Origin: an uncultured delta proteobacterium
GTDB taxonomy: Bacteria > Myxococcota > Myxococcia > Myxococcales > 40CM-4-68-19
DNA: 64,000 nt
Direction of reading: 5' to 3'
NCBI GenBank assembly: GCA_903911145.1
Contig: CAIWCD010000002.1
Coordinates: forward strand, 124,001 to 188,000
In this document: positions 1 through 9,590 of the stretch, in pieces
How positions within the stretch are numbered: the stretch's first letter is position 1
Layout of the letters: the number at the start of each line of letters is the position of its first letter
Notes under the pieces: generated by a model
The model's database searches: none
The model's input: the letters and a program-made list of their open reading frames with translations, nothing else
What the model was told of the DNA's origin: nothing
Made by a program: the position numbers and the translations under genes

Positions 1-677
1 GGCGGTGCGCCCTCCTGCAGCACCAGCGCGTCGGGCGAATAGAGACCGGGTTCGCTCTGCAGGCCATCGGCGAGCAGCGCGGCCTGCGCCTCCTCAAGCG
101 TGGCCCTCTTGCGGTTGCGCCGCACCGTCGCGCGCGCCTGCGTTTGATTGGCGCGGCAGAGAGCCTCGGTTTCCTCGAGACCCAACGCGCGACTCCAGCG
201 CTCGACCAGCCAGCGAGGATGCGACGTGATCGCCGCGATGCGCCCGATCGGATCGGTATCCTGAGAGGGCGGCGGCGGCGAAACGCGAACCTCGGAAAGA
301 CGACGCAGGATCGCGTTGACGAATCCCGCAGCGTTCGGCGCGCGCAGCTCCTTGCAGAGCTCGACCGCCTGGTGAACCACCGCGCGCGCGGGCACGGTCG
401 GATGGTGCAACAGCTCGAACGCACCGAGCCGCAGCACCGCGCGCACCGGTCCGTCCATCTGCGCAAGCGGGCGTGCACTGTGGGCCTCGATCGCGCGATC
501 GAGCTCCTGCTGCCAGCGCACCGTCCCGTAACTCAGCTCCGTGGTGAGCGCGGCCTCGCGCGGCTCGATCGCGCCCGCGGAGCGCAGCGCGCCGTCGAGC
601 GCGAGATTGAGAAACGCGCCCCCCTGCTCCACGCGCTGGATCACTTCGATGGCAAGTCGTCGCGCGGTCGAGGGCAC
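1..677 (-). CDS. rsmB: 16S rRNA m5C967 methyltransferase RsmB/Sun, N-terminal part (runs off window)
   Basis: Manual translation of a frame absent from the ORF track: (V)PSTARRLAIEVIQRVEQGGAFLNLALD...TELSYGTVRWQ..LD...LRLGAFELLHH..VPARAVVHQAVEL...AGFVNAILRR...SHPRWLVERW = NusB-like domain plus SHP.W motif. Confidence 0.88.
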   Translation of the reverse strand, partial: MPSTARRLAIEVIQRVEQGGAFLNLALDGALRSAGAIEPREAALTTELSYGTVRWQQELDRAIEAHSARPLAQMDGPVRAVLRLGAFELLHHPTVPARAVVHQAVELCKELRAPNAAGFVNAILRRLSEVRVSPPPPSQDTDPIGRIAAITSHPRWLVERWSRALGLEETEALCRANQTQARATVRRNRKRATLEEAQAALLADGLQSEPGLYSPDALVLQEGAP

Positions 678-774
678 AGGAGTGCGCTCCTATCACGCCG
701 CGCCGCTCCAGAGTGGATCCGGCGATGATCGTTTGCGCCGCGAACGATCTCGACTAGCGTGCCGCGCATGCGCA

Positions 775-2337
775 ATGCATCGATTTCCCGGAGTCGTCTT
801 TGGGGCCCGCGTTCACGCGGTTGAGCTTCCTGGCGATCTGCTGACGCCGTTCGGCGTCTTCTGTCTCCTCGATCAACAGCAGGCACCCGGCAGCGACGCC
901 TTCCTCTTCGAGGGCGCGCTCGGTCGCTACAGCTACGTCGGCGTCGCGGACAACTCCCGCGCGAAGAGCGGCCGTTTCATCGTGCGCAACGGCCGCGTCG
1001 TCGAAGATGGTTTGCACTCAAACCATCCTCTCGAGGCGCTGCGCGAAAAGCTCGCGTCGATCGCCACTCCGCGCGCGCCTGGCCTGCCTCCGTTCTGCGG
1101 CGGCCTCGCCGGGTATCTCGGATGGGCCGCCGCGAGATGGAGCGAATCGCTCCCGCAGAGGCTGGGCGCAGATACGCTCTTTCCCGACGCCGATCTTCTG
1201 CACGTGCGCGAGCTCGTCTCGTTCGATCATCGGTCGGGTCGAGCGTGGGCTGTCGCAAGTGGCGATGGCCGCGGCAAGGACTCCCCTGAAGCGTGCGCAG
1301 AGCGCCTTGCCGAACGGGTCCTGGGAGTGTTCCGGGCCGCGCCCAGAGCGGTCCGCAGCGATCGAGCAACGTCTCGTGCAGCTTCGCGCGCGGCTTCGCG
1401 TCGCGGCCACGGAGGGTTCCCTCCGGAGCTGCTTCGCGCCGCAGCTCCCCCGATGATCGCCGATGGGTCACGCCTCGAATCGCTGCTCTCGCCTCTCGGC
1501 GGCGGCGAGAAGGAGTTCCTGCGCAAGGCCCGCCGCGCGCTCGACTACATCCGTGCTGGCGACGTCTTCCAGGTCGTCCTCTCGCAGCGCTTCGAACTGC
1601 CCGACTGTGACGGCTTCTCGCTCTACCGCACGCTGCGCGCGGCTTCGCCTGCGCCGTACCATTTCTATCTGCGACTCGGTGGACGCGAGCTGTTTGGCGC
1701 CTCTCCTGAGTTGCTCGTGCAGGTCGAAGAGGGCGCGGTCGCGGTGCGGCCCATCGCCGGCACGCGCAGACGGGGCGCGACGTTCGCGGAAGACCAGGCG
1801 CTCGAGGCCGAGCTGCGCGCGGATCCGAAAGAGAAGGCCGAGCACGTGATGCTGGTCGATCTCGGCCGCAACGACATCGGCCGCGTCGCGAACATCGGCT
1901 CGGTGCGCGTCCCTCGCCTGCTGGAGATCGAGCGCTTCAGCCACGTCATGCACCTGGTCTCCGAGGTGACTGGCCAGCTGCGACCCGAGCTCACCGCAGT
2001 CGATGCCTTCGCCGCCGCATTCCCTGCTGGCACGCTCTCGGGCGCGCCAAAGATTCGCGCGCTGGAGATCATCGATGAGCTCGAAGAGGTTTCGCGCGGC
2101 CCCTACGGCGGCGCGGTCGGCTGGTTCTCCGGAAGCGGCGACGCGCAGCTCGCGATCGCCATCCGCACGCTCCTGCGCTCCGAAGGCCGCCTCTTCGCAC
2201 ACGCGGGGGCCGGCATCGTCGCCGACAGCGATCCTCGCGCGGAGTGGCGCGAGATCCAGGCGAAGGTCCGCGCATCCGTGCTGGCAGCGAGCGGCGCACG
2301 CGCGTACGAGCGACCCGACGAGGGAGCGCTGCGATGA
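775..2337 (+). CDS. trpE: Anthranilate synthase component I
   Basis: GDVFQVVLSQR, SPELL, RPIAGTRRRG, AEHVMLVDLGRND, FPAGTLSGAPK; likely ATG at 775; first gene of trp operon. Confidence 0.93.
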   Translation: MHRFPGVVFGARVHAVELPGDLLTPFGVFCLLDQQQAPGSDAFLFEGALGRYSYVGVADNSRAKSGRFIVRNGRVVEDGLHSNHPLEALREKLASIATPRAPGLPPFCGGLAGYLGWAAARWSESLPQRLGADTLFPDADLLHVRELVSFDHRSGRAWAVASGDGRGKDSPEACAERLAERVLGVFRAAPRAVRSDRATSRAASRAASRRGHGGFPPELLRAAAPPMIADGSRLESLLSPLGGGEKEFLRKARRALDYIRAGDVFQVVLSQRFELPDCDGFSLYRTLRAASPAPYHFYLRLGGRELFGASPELLVQVEEGAVAVRPIAGTRRRGATFAEDQALEAELRADPKEKAEHVMLVDLGRNDIGRVANIGSVRVPRLLEIERFSHVMHLVSEVTGQLRPELTAVDAFAAAFPAGTLSGAPKIRALEIIDELEEVSRGPYGGAVGWFSGSGDAQLAIAIRTLLRSEGRLFAHAGAGIVADSDPRAEWREIQAKVRASVLAASGARAYERPDEGALR

Positions 2338-3038
2338 GCCGCGCCCAGCAAGGGCGAGAGAGCGCACGGCGCGTTCTGCTCATCGATAACTACGACTCGT
2401 TCACCTTCAATCTGGTGCAGCGCCTCGGCGAGCTCGGCGCCGAGGTCGAGGTGATTCGCAACGACGCGTGCAGCGTGGACGAGCTCCTCGCGCGCAATCC
2501 CGAGCGCATCGTCCTCTCGCCTGGACCCTGCACGCCGCTCGAGGCGGGCATCTGTGTTCCGCTGGTACGCCGACTCGCCGGACTCGACGGGGCGCAGCCG
2601 CGCGCGATCCCGCTGCTCGGCGTCTGCCTCGGCCACCAGAGCCTCGGCGCGGCATTCGGAGCGCGCGTCATCCGTGCACCGACGCCCGTGCATGGCAAGG
2701 CTGACGAGATGATTCACGACGGCCGCGCGCTCTTTCTGGGCGCGCCCCGCCCGCTGCAGGCGGCCCGCTATCACTCTCTGATCGTCGAGGAGTCGTCCCT
2801 TCCCGACTCCCTTGTCATCGCCGCGAGAAATCGTGACCGTCTGGTCATGTCGTTGCGGCACCGCAAGCTGCCCCTCTTCGGCCTGCAGTTCCACCCCGAG
2901 TCGATCCTCACGCCGGACGGCCAGACGCTGCTGTGCAACTTTCTCTCGCTCGCGCCCGGAACGCCGTTATCGAAATTGCCGAAAGTACAAAACGGATTTC
3001 TATCGAATCGCCCCACGCGCGCACGGAAGGCACGCTGA
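2334..3038 (+). CDS. trpG: Anthranilate synthase component II (glutamine amidotransferase)
   Basis: LIDNYDSFT, SPGP, GVCLGHQ, RYHSL, QFHPES; ATGA overlap with trpE. Confidence 0.95.
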   Translation: MSRAQQGRESARRVLLIDNYDSFTFNLVQRLGELGAEVEVIRNDACSVDELLARNPERIVLSPGPCTPLEAGICVPLVRRLAGLDGAQPRAIPLLGVCLGHQSLGAAFGARVIRAPTPVHGKADEMIHDGRALFLGAPRPLQAARYHSLIVEESSLPDSLVIAARNRDRLVMSLRHRKLPLFGLQFHPESILTPDGQTLLCNFLSLAPGTPLSKLPKVQNGFLSNRPTRARKAR

Positions 3039-4099
3039 TGCTGCGCCCGGCTCTGCAGAAGGCCGCGGCGGGCAGTCACCTCTCTCGAGAAGAGGCGGCG
3101 CACGCGATCGCGGTCATGCTCTCTGGCGACGCCGTGCCCGCGCAGATGGCGGCCCTGCTCATCGCGCTGCGGATGAAGGGCGAGACGCCGGATGAGATCG
3201 TCGGAGCCGCGCTGGCCCTGCGTCGGCGCGCGCTTGCCGTCGATGTGCCCGACGCGCTTCGCGCGCATCTCGTCGACACCTGCGGCACCGGCGGAGACGG
3301 CGCGCACACGTTCAACATCTCGACCGCGGCGGCGTTCGTCGCAGCCGCTGCGGGGGCCACGGTGGCCAAGCACGGCAACCGCGCAGTCTCGTCGAACTGC
3401 GGCAGCGCCGATGTCCTCGCGGCTCTCGGTGTCGAGCTCGAGTTGTCCCCGCGCGCTCTCTCCGCCTGTCTTGAGCAGTGCGGGATGGCATTTCTCTTCG
3501 CCCCGCGACATCACGCGGCGATGCGCCACGTCGCGCCCGTGCGCAAGGAGCTTGGGCTGCGCACGCTCTTCAATCTTCTCGGGCCGCTGGCAAATCCGGC
3601 CGGAGCGCAGCGGCAGTTGCTCGGCGTCTATGCGCCCGAGCTTCTTCCCGTGATCGCGCGCGCGCTCGCTGAACTCGGCTGCGTGCACGCCATCGTGGTG
3701 CACGGCGCGGGCGGGCTCGACGAGATCTCGACTGAGGGAGAGTCGCGCATCGCTGAGCTTCGGGGCGGCGTGGTGCGCGAGTGGTCGATGCACCCCGAGA
3801 GCGTCGGGGTTGAAGCAGCACCGCGAAGTGAGCTGCGTGGAGGAGACGCGCAGGAGAACGCGGCGCTCCTGCGCGCAGTGCTCGAAGGAGAAGTGTCGGC
3901 GCGGAGGACGGCCGTGTTGCTCAATGCCGGCGCGGCGCTCTGCGCGGCGGGGATCTGCGAAACGATCGGAGAAGGGGTTGAGCGCGCGAAAGCGTCGATC
4001 GATTCCGGCGCAGCTCGTGAACGGTTGGCGCGCCTTGTCCGCGTTTCGCACGAAGAGATGGCGCGCGATCAGGGCGCGTCCGGGAGCAGCACGCCATGA
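3038..4099 (+). CDS. trpD: Anthranilate phosphoribosyltransferase
   Basis: DTCGTGGDG, FNIST, AKHGNR, GSADVL, FNLLGPLANP; TGATG coupling. Confidence 0.96.
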   Translation: MLRPALQKAAAGSHLSREEAAHAIAVMLSGDAVPAQMAALLIALRMKGETPDEIVGAALALRRRALAVDVPDALRAHLVDTCGTGGDGAHTFNISTAAAFVAAAAGATVAKHGNRAVSSNCGSADVLAALGVELELSPRALSACLEQCGMAFLFAPRHHAAMRHVAPVRKELGLRTLFNLLGPLANPAGAQRQLLGVYAPELLPVIARALAELGCVHAIVVHGAGGLDEISTEGESRIAELRGGVVREWSMHPESVGVEAAPRSELRGGDAQENAALLRAVLEGEVSARRTAVLLNAGAALCAAGICETIGEGVERAKASIDSGAARERLARLVRVSHEEMARDQGASGSSTP

Positions 4100-4920
4100 G
4101 CAAGTCGCGACTCGATGAGTTGGTCTCCGCCGCGCTGCAGATGCTCGCGATCCGCGCCACCGATGTGCCGCTCGCCGAGATACGCGCGCGCGCTGAGGCG
4201 TCACCTCCGCCGCGCGATTTCAAGGCGGGCCTGACGCGCGCGAGGGAGCGCGGGGCCTCGCTGATCGCGGAGATCAAGCGCGCCTCGCCGAGCAAGGGAG
4301 CGATCGCACCCGATCTCGATCCGGCACTTCTGGCGCAGCAGTACGCACGCGGTGGCGCGGCCTGCCTCTCCGTGCTCACCGATCGCACCCACTTCGGCGG
4401 CTCGCTCGCCGATCTTTCTGCTGCGCGCGCGGCATGCTCGCTGCCCGTGCTGCGCAAGGATTTTCTCGTCACGCCGTACCAGCTCTACGAAGCGCGCGCG
4501 CACGGCGCCGATGCGGTGCTGCTCATCGCAGCCGCGCTCAAGCCGACGCGGCTCTTCGAACTGCGTGCGCTCGCCCGCGCGCTGTCACTGTGCGTGCTCG
4601 TTGAGATCCACGAGGAGAGTGAGCTCGAGGCGGCGTCGGCCTGCGCGCCCGATCTTCTCGGCATCAACGCGCGCAGCTTGAAGACGCTCGACGTCGACTC
4701 GAACACATTCGCGCGTCTCGCGCCCTATGCGCGCGGAGTCGCGCCGCTGGTCGCCGAGAGCGGTGTGCGGACACCTGAGCACGTTCGCCAACTCGCGAGC
4801 GCGGGAGCGTCGGCGTTTCTCATCGGTGAGGCATTGGCGACCGCGGCCGATCCAGAAGCCGCCACGCGCGCGCTCGTCGAAGGCATCCCGCCCGCAGCCC
4901 GGCTGGTGGAGCGCTCGTGA
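4096..4920 (+). CDS. trpC: Indole-3-glycerol phosphate synthase
   Basis: [40 protein letters not shown]. Confidence 0.96.
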   Translation: MSKSRLDELVSAALQMLAIRATDVPLAEIRARAEASPPPRDFKAGLTRARERGASLIAEIKRASPSKGAIAPDLDPALLAQQYARGGAACLSVLTDRTHFGGSLADLSAARAACSLPVLRKDFLVTPYQLYEARAHGADAVLLIAAALKPTRLFELRALARALSLCVLVEIHEESELEAASACAPDLLGINARSLKTLDVDSNTFARLAPYARGVAPLVAESGVRTPEHVRQLASAGASAFLIGEALATAADPEAATRALVEGIPPAARLVERS

Positions 4921-6857
4921 GCAGACCTCTGCGCATCAAGCTGTGCGGGATCCGCACGGTCGAAGATGCGCGGCTCTGCGCCGCAGCGGGCGCGGACGAA
5001 CTCGGCGTCGTCTTCGCGCCGAGGAGCAAGCGGCGCGTCTCGATCGCAGAAGCGCGCGCGATCCGCGAATCTCTCCCGCCCGCTCTGGGCGTGATCGGCG
5101 TGTTCCAGGACGCAGTTTTCGACGGCCCCGAAGGCATCTTCGCGACCGCGCGGGAAGTCGGTCTCTCGGCTGTTCAATTGCACGGCGCGATTCCGCCAGA
5201 TCTGTTCTCGTCCGCTCTGGGCGCGGGTTTCCCGCTTCCGATCTACATCGCGTTGCAGCTCACGGACCGCGCGTCGCTCCCCGATCTCTCCTCGCTGCGT
5301 GGCTGCGCGAGGGTCCTGCTCGACGGCCCGCGTGGCGGCTCGGGTGAGTCATTTCCCTGGGCGCTCGCTCGCGAAGCGCGCGCGCATTTTCGCGGTGCGA
5401 TCTTCGTCGCCGGCGGCTTGAACCCAGACAACGTGGCGGCCGCTGTTCTCGATGCGCAGCCCGACGGCGTCGATGTTGCGTCGGGGATCGAGAATGCAAG
5501 CGGCAGAAAAGATCCCGCGCTGGTGCGCGCCTTCGTCCACGCCGCGAAAGCTGCCGCACAAGATCTGCCCCGCGAGATCTCTCGCGCATCGGCCCACGAC
5601 CAGGAGTCCGCGATGTCGACGCGAGAGTTGCCAGAGTTGTTCACTTCCGATCCCGGCCCGCTCCCCGACGCACGCGGACGCTTCGGTGCGTTCGGCGGAC
5701 GCTTCGTCCCCGAGACGCTGATCCCTGCGCTCGATGAACTCGAGAGCGCCTTTCGCGAAGCGCGCGCGGATCCCGCCTATCGCGAAGCGCTCGCTCGGCT
5801 GCTCTGCGATTACGCGGGAAGGCCGACGCCTCTGTTTCGCGCGAATCGGCTCCAGACCGCTCTGGGCGCGGCCGCGCGCATCTATCTCAAGCGCGAAGAT
5901 CTGCTGCACACGGGCGCACACAAGCTCAACAACACGCTCGGGCAGGGACTGCTTGCCAAGCGGATGGGCAAGCAGCGCTTCATCGCCGAGACGGGTGCGG
6001 GGCAGCACGGCGTCGCGTCGGCCACGGTGGCGGCGCTCCTGGGCCTCGACTGCGTCGTCTACATGGGTGCGGAGGATGTCCGCCGCCAGGCGCCCAACGT
6101 GGCCCGCATGAAGCTGCTCGGAGCCGAGGTGCGTCCCGTCGAAGCGGGCGCGCGCACGCTCAAGGACGCGATGAACGAGGCGCTGCGCGATTGGGTGACG
6201 AACGTGCGCGGGACCTACTACTGCATCGGGAGCGCAGCAGGTCCGCACCCGTATCCGCTGCTCGTGCGCGAGCTGCAGAAGATCATCGGCGAGGAGATCG
6301 CGCAGCAGTCGCTCGCGCACGAAGGGCGCCTGCCGGATGCGGTGCTCGCCTGCGTCGGTGGCGGCTCCAACGCGATCGGCGCGTTCCATCGCTTCATCGC
6401 AGAGAGTTCGGTGCAACTCTTCGGCGTCGAGGCGGCGGGCCACGGACTCGGCAGTGGCAAGCACGGCGCGTCGATGGCGCGTGGCAAGCCCGGCATCCTC
6501 CACGGCTCGCTCTCGTATCTGCTGCAGGATGACGACGGGCAGGTTGCGGAGGCCCACTCGATCAGCGCCGGGCTCGACTATCCCGGCGTCGGCCCCGAGC
6601 TCTCGCACCTCTGCGCGACCGGTCGCTTGCAGACCCTCTCGGCGACCGACGACGAAGCGCTCGCCGCCGTCACGCTGCTCGCCCGCCACGAGGGAATTCT
6701 CTGCGCGCTCGAGTCGGCGCACGCGATCGCCGCGCTTCGGAAATTGCCGCGCGCGCTGCTCGACGATCCTCGCTCCGTCGTGGTGGTGAATCTGAGCGGG
6801 CGCGGCGACAAAGATCTCGGCACGCTCATCTCGGCGCTCGGCGGAGGTGCACCGTGA
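4917..6857 (+). CDS. trpB: In-frame TrpF (phosphoribosylanthranilate isomerase) + TrpB (tryptophan synthase beta); TrpB may also start at 5613
   Basis: N-term [39 protein letters not shown]-term [52 protein letters not shown]. Confidence 0.95.
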   Translation: MSRPLRIKLCGIRTVEDARLCAAAGADELGVVFAPRSKRRVSIAEARAIRESLPPALGVIGVFQDAVFDGPEGIFATAREVGLSAVQLHGAIPPDLFSSALGAGFPLPIYIALQLTDRASLPDLSSLRGCARVLLDGPRGGSGESFPWALAREARAHFRGAIFVAGGLNPDNVAAAVLDAQPDGVDVASGIENASGRKDPALVRAFVHAAKAAAQDLPREISRASAHDQESAMSTRELPELFTSDPGPLPDARGRFGAFGGRFVPETLIPALDELESAFREARADPAYREALARLLCDYAGRPTPLFRANRLQTALGAAARIYLKREDLLHTGAHKLNNTLGQGLLAKRMGKQRFIAETGAGQHGVASATVAALLGLDCVVYMGAEDVRRQAPNVARMKLLGAEVRPVEAGARTLKDAMNEALRDWVTNVRGTYYCIGSAAGPHPYPLLVRELQKIIGEEIAQQSLAHEGRLPDAVLACVGGGSNAIGAFHRFIAESSVQLFGVEAAGHGLGSGKHGASMARGKPGILHGSLSYLLQDDDGQVAEAHSISAGLDYPGVGPELSHLCATGRLQTLSATDDEALAAVTLLARHEGILCALESAHAIAALRKLPRALLDDPRSVVVVNLSGRGDKDLGTLISALGGGAP

Positions 6858-7633
6858 GCGCGCTTGCGACAGCATTCGCAGACGCGCGTGCCCAGAAGCG
6901 TGCAGCGCTCGTCTGCTACGCGATGGGTGGCGATCCATCGATCGCCGCCACAGAGGAGTTGCTCCTCGCACTCGATGCGGCAGGCGCCGACGTGCTCGAG
7001 TTGGGCGTTCCATTTTCCGATCCGATCGCCGACGGGCCTGTGCTGCAGGCCGCCGCGCTGCGAGCGCTCTCTGGCGGCACGACGCTGCACGCACTGCTCG
7101 CGATGGCGACGCGCCTGAAGGGCAAGCTGCGCGCGCCGCTGGTGCTGATGGGCTACGCCAATCCCTTCTTTCGATTCGGCGTCGAGGCGTTTGCAACTGC
7201 TGCCGCGGCCGCCGGGATCGCCGGAGCGATCGTGCCCGATCTTCCGCTCGAGGAGGCCGACTGGCTGCGCACACCGCTCGACGCGCAGGGCCTCGACCTC
7301 GTGCTGCTCTGCGCGCCGACGACCGGACGTGCGCGCATGGAGGCGATCGCCAACGCCTCGCGCGGATTTCTCTACGCGGTCAGCCTGACCGGCGTGACCG
7401 GCGCGCGCACGGAGTTGCCGCCCGACGTGACGGACTATCTCGCCTCGCTGCGCGCCTGCTCGCCTGTGCCGGTCGCGGTCGGATTCGGCATCGCGCGCCC
7501 CGAGCAGGCGGCGGCGATGGGCAAGCTCGCCGATGGCGTCGTCGTCGGCTCCGCACTGGTCAACGCGCATCGCGAGCAGGGCGCGCAAGGGGCTGCAGCT
7601 CTCTGCGCAGCGATCCGCGCGGCTCTCGGCTGA
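6854..7633 (+). CDS. trpA: Tryptophan synthase alpha chain
   Basis: [48 protein letters not shown]. Confidence 0.96.
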   Translation: MSALATAFADARAQKRAALVCYAMGGDPSIAATEELLLALDAAGADVLELGVPFSDPIADGPVLQAAALRALSGGTTLHALLAMATRLKGKLRAPLVLMGYANPFFRFGVEAFATAAAAAGIAGAIVPDLPLEEADWLRTPLDAQGLDLVLLCAPTTGRARMEAIANASRGFLYAVSLTGVTGARTELPPDVTDYLASLRACSPVPVAVGFGIARPEQAAAMGKLADGVVVGSALVNAHREQGAQGAAALCAAIRAALG

Positions 7634-7692
7634 CTCAAAAGCAGAGCGTCGGGTCGTCATTCACGCGGAGCACGCCCCGCGCACGCTTGCTC

Positions 7693-8133
7693 TCAGCGCG
7701 TCGCCGCATCCTTCGTGAGCCACTCGAGCGCTTCGAGATAGCCAGCCACGCCCTTGCCCTGGATGCGATGCGCGACAACATCCGCAAGCACGCTCACCTG
7801 CCGCCACGGCTCGCGCTTTGTCAGATCGCTCAAGTGCACCTCGACCACGCGCACTTGCGGCATCGCCGCGATCGCGTCGCGCAGGGCGTAGCTCGTGTGC
7901 GTGTACGCGCCCGGATTGAAGATGCAGCCCGTCGCCCACTTTCGCCACTCGTGCAGCCGATCGATCAGCACACCTTCGTGGTTGCTCTGGTAGGCGCGGA
8001 TCTTCGCGCCCACCTCCTCGGCGCTGGTGACCACGAGCTGCTCGAGTTGCGCGAGCGTCGTCGTCCCATAGAGCGCCGGTTCGCGCTCACCGAGGAGATT
8101 CAGGTTGGGACCGTTGAGGAGAAGAATATTCAT
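7693..8133 (-). CDS. aroQ: Type II 3-dehydroquinate dehydratase
   Basis: LNGPNLNLLGEREP..YG, QSNHEG, NPGAYTHTS, EVHLS. Confidence 0.96.
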   Translation of the reverse strand: MNILLLNGPNLNLLGEREPALYGTTTLAQLEQLVVTSAEEVGAKIRAYQSNHEGVLIDRLHEWRKWATGCIFNPGAYTHTSYALRDAIAAMPQVRVVEVHLSDLTKREPWRQVSVLADVVAHRIQGKGVAGYLEALEWLTKDAATR

Positions 8134-8154
8134 CGCGCGCCTCACGCTTTGACT

Positions 8155-8355
8155 TCAGTAGTGCGGCGGCTTGTCCGCGCTGGGCGCGGCCTGGCGCGAT
8201 TCGTTCTGCTCCAGACGACCCGTCAACCGGCGCAACTCTTCGCGCAGCGCGTGCAGCTCCCGCTGCTGTTCGTGCAGCACGCCGGAGAGATCATCGAGCA
8301 GCGCCTCCTGCTGCGCGGCGTGCATCTCGAGAGCGACAATGCGGTCTTCGTTCAT
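8155..8355 (-). CDS. slyX: SlyX family protein
   Basis: RIVALE...QQE.LLDDLS coiled coil, ends KPPHY. Confidence 0.88.
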   Translation of the reverse strand: MNEDRIVALEMHAAQQEALLDDLSGVLHEQQRELHALREELRRLTGRLEQNESRQAAPSADKPPHY

Positions 8356-9590
8356 GGCGTGAAGGTACTCCCATTGCGTGGCGACAACGTGAGCGCAGCA
8401 TCGAGTGCGTACGCGGCCTCGTCGGCAGAGACGGCCTGCAGTTGAGGCGCGCCGAGGCCCGCGAGCAGGACGAATCGAACCGCGCCGTCGCGCACCTTCT
8501 TGTCGCGCGCGAGCGCTCCCAGCGCGGCCGCGCGCTCTTCTCCCGTCAGCCCGCGTGGTGCATCGATCGCAATCCGCGACACGAGCGCCACGGCCCGCGC
8601 GGTCTCGTCTGCATCGAGCAGGCCTCGTTTCTGCGAGAGCAGCAGCGCGCCGCGCAGGCCCAGCGCCACCGCTTCTCCGTGTGTAAAGCGCGTGTATCCG
8701 GTGGCCGATTCGAGCGCGTGTCCGACCGTGTGCCCGAGATTGAGAAACGCGCGCAGCCTTGCTGGGCGCGGAGTTGCGGACCCGGACTCGCCTTCTCGCT
8801 CATCGGTCGCGACGATCTCGGCCTTCAATCGCAGCGCCGCAGCGATGAGCGGCGCGAGCGTTGCGGCATCACCCGAGGCCGCGCGGTCGAGCGTGCGCTC
8901 GCATCGGTCAAGGAACGGTTCGCCGTCTGCATCGCGTGCCGGATCGAGCAGCGCGCACTTGACGATTTCGGCGAGGCCGCTGAAGCGCTCGCGCAGAGAG
9001 AGCGTCGCGAGCACTGCAGGATCGCACACGACCAACCGCGGCTGGTGGAACGCGCCGACGAGATTCTTCCCCGCGCGCAGATTCGCGCCGGTCTTCCCTC
9101 CGAGCCCAGCGTCGACCTGGGACAACAGCGTCGTCGGTGCAGCGATCCAGGGAACGCCGCGCTGGTAGAGCGCCGCAGCAAGTCCCGCGAGATCGGTGAG
9201 CACGCCTCCGCCGAGCGCAACGACGAAGCCATCGCGAGACAGGCCGCGTGCCGAGAGCACCTCAGCCATCGCTTCCACCTCGGCGAGCGACTTGCGATCT
9301 TCGCGCACGGGGCGGGCGAGCGTGCCACCGAGCTGTTTTCCGAGTGACTCAACCAGCGCGCGCTGCACGAAGACGAGCCGCGCGTCGCAGAGAAAGCCGC
9401 TCGTTCCGGTGAGACCGACCTCGGCCGCGAGAGCGGGAAGATGTCCAAGCGCGCCTGCGCCCGTGACGCAGCGGGTGCGCACGCCCGACGCGAACTGCAC
9501 GTCGAATCCAGCGAGCCCGTCGCGGCGCGCTGGCAGCGTTTGCACACCGGCGACGCTTGCGCTCGCCGGCGCTGCATCAGGCGTGGACAC
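8352..9590 (-). CDS. aroB: 3-dehydroquinate synthase
   Basis: ALGGGVLTDLAG, PTTLLSQVDA..GGKTG.N...KNLVGAFHQP, LNLGHT.GHA.E, HGEAVA; start GTG ~9590 uncertain. Confidence 0.93.
   Translation of the reverse strand: MSTPDAAPASASVAGVQTLPARRDGLAGFDVQFASGVRTRCVTGAGALGHLPALAAEVGLTGTSGFLCDARLVFVQRALVESLGKQLGGTLARPVREDRKSLAEVEAMAEVLSARGLSRDGFVVALGGGVLTDLAGLAAALYQRGVPWIAAPTTLLSQVDAGLGGKTGANLRAGKNLVGAFHQPRLVVCDPAVLATLSLRERFSGLAEIVKCALLDPARDADGEPFLDRCERTLDRAASGDAATLAPLIAAALRLKAEIVATDEREGESGSATPRPARLRAFLNLGHTVGHALESATGYTRFTHGEAVALGLRGALLLSQKRGLLDADETARAVALVSRIAIDAPRGLTGEERAAALGALARDKKVRDGAVRFVLLAGLGAPQLQAVSADEAAYALDAALTLSPRNGSTFTP

Noticed and set aside
1372..1404. SRAA tandem peptide in TrpE
   Set aside because: Short slippage repeat in a variable linker
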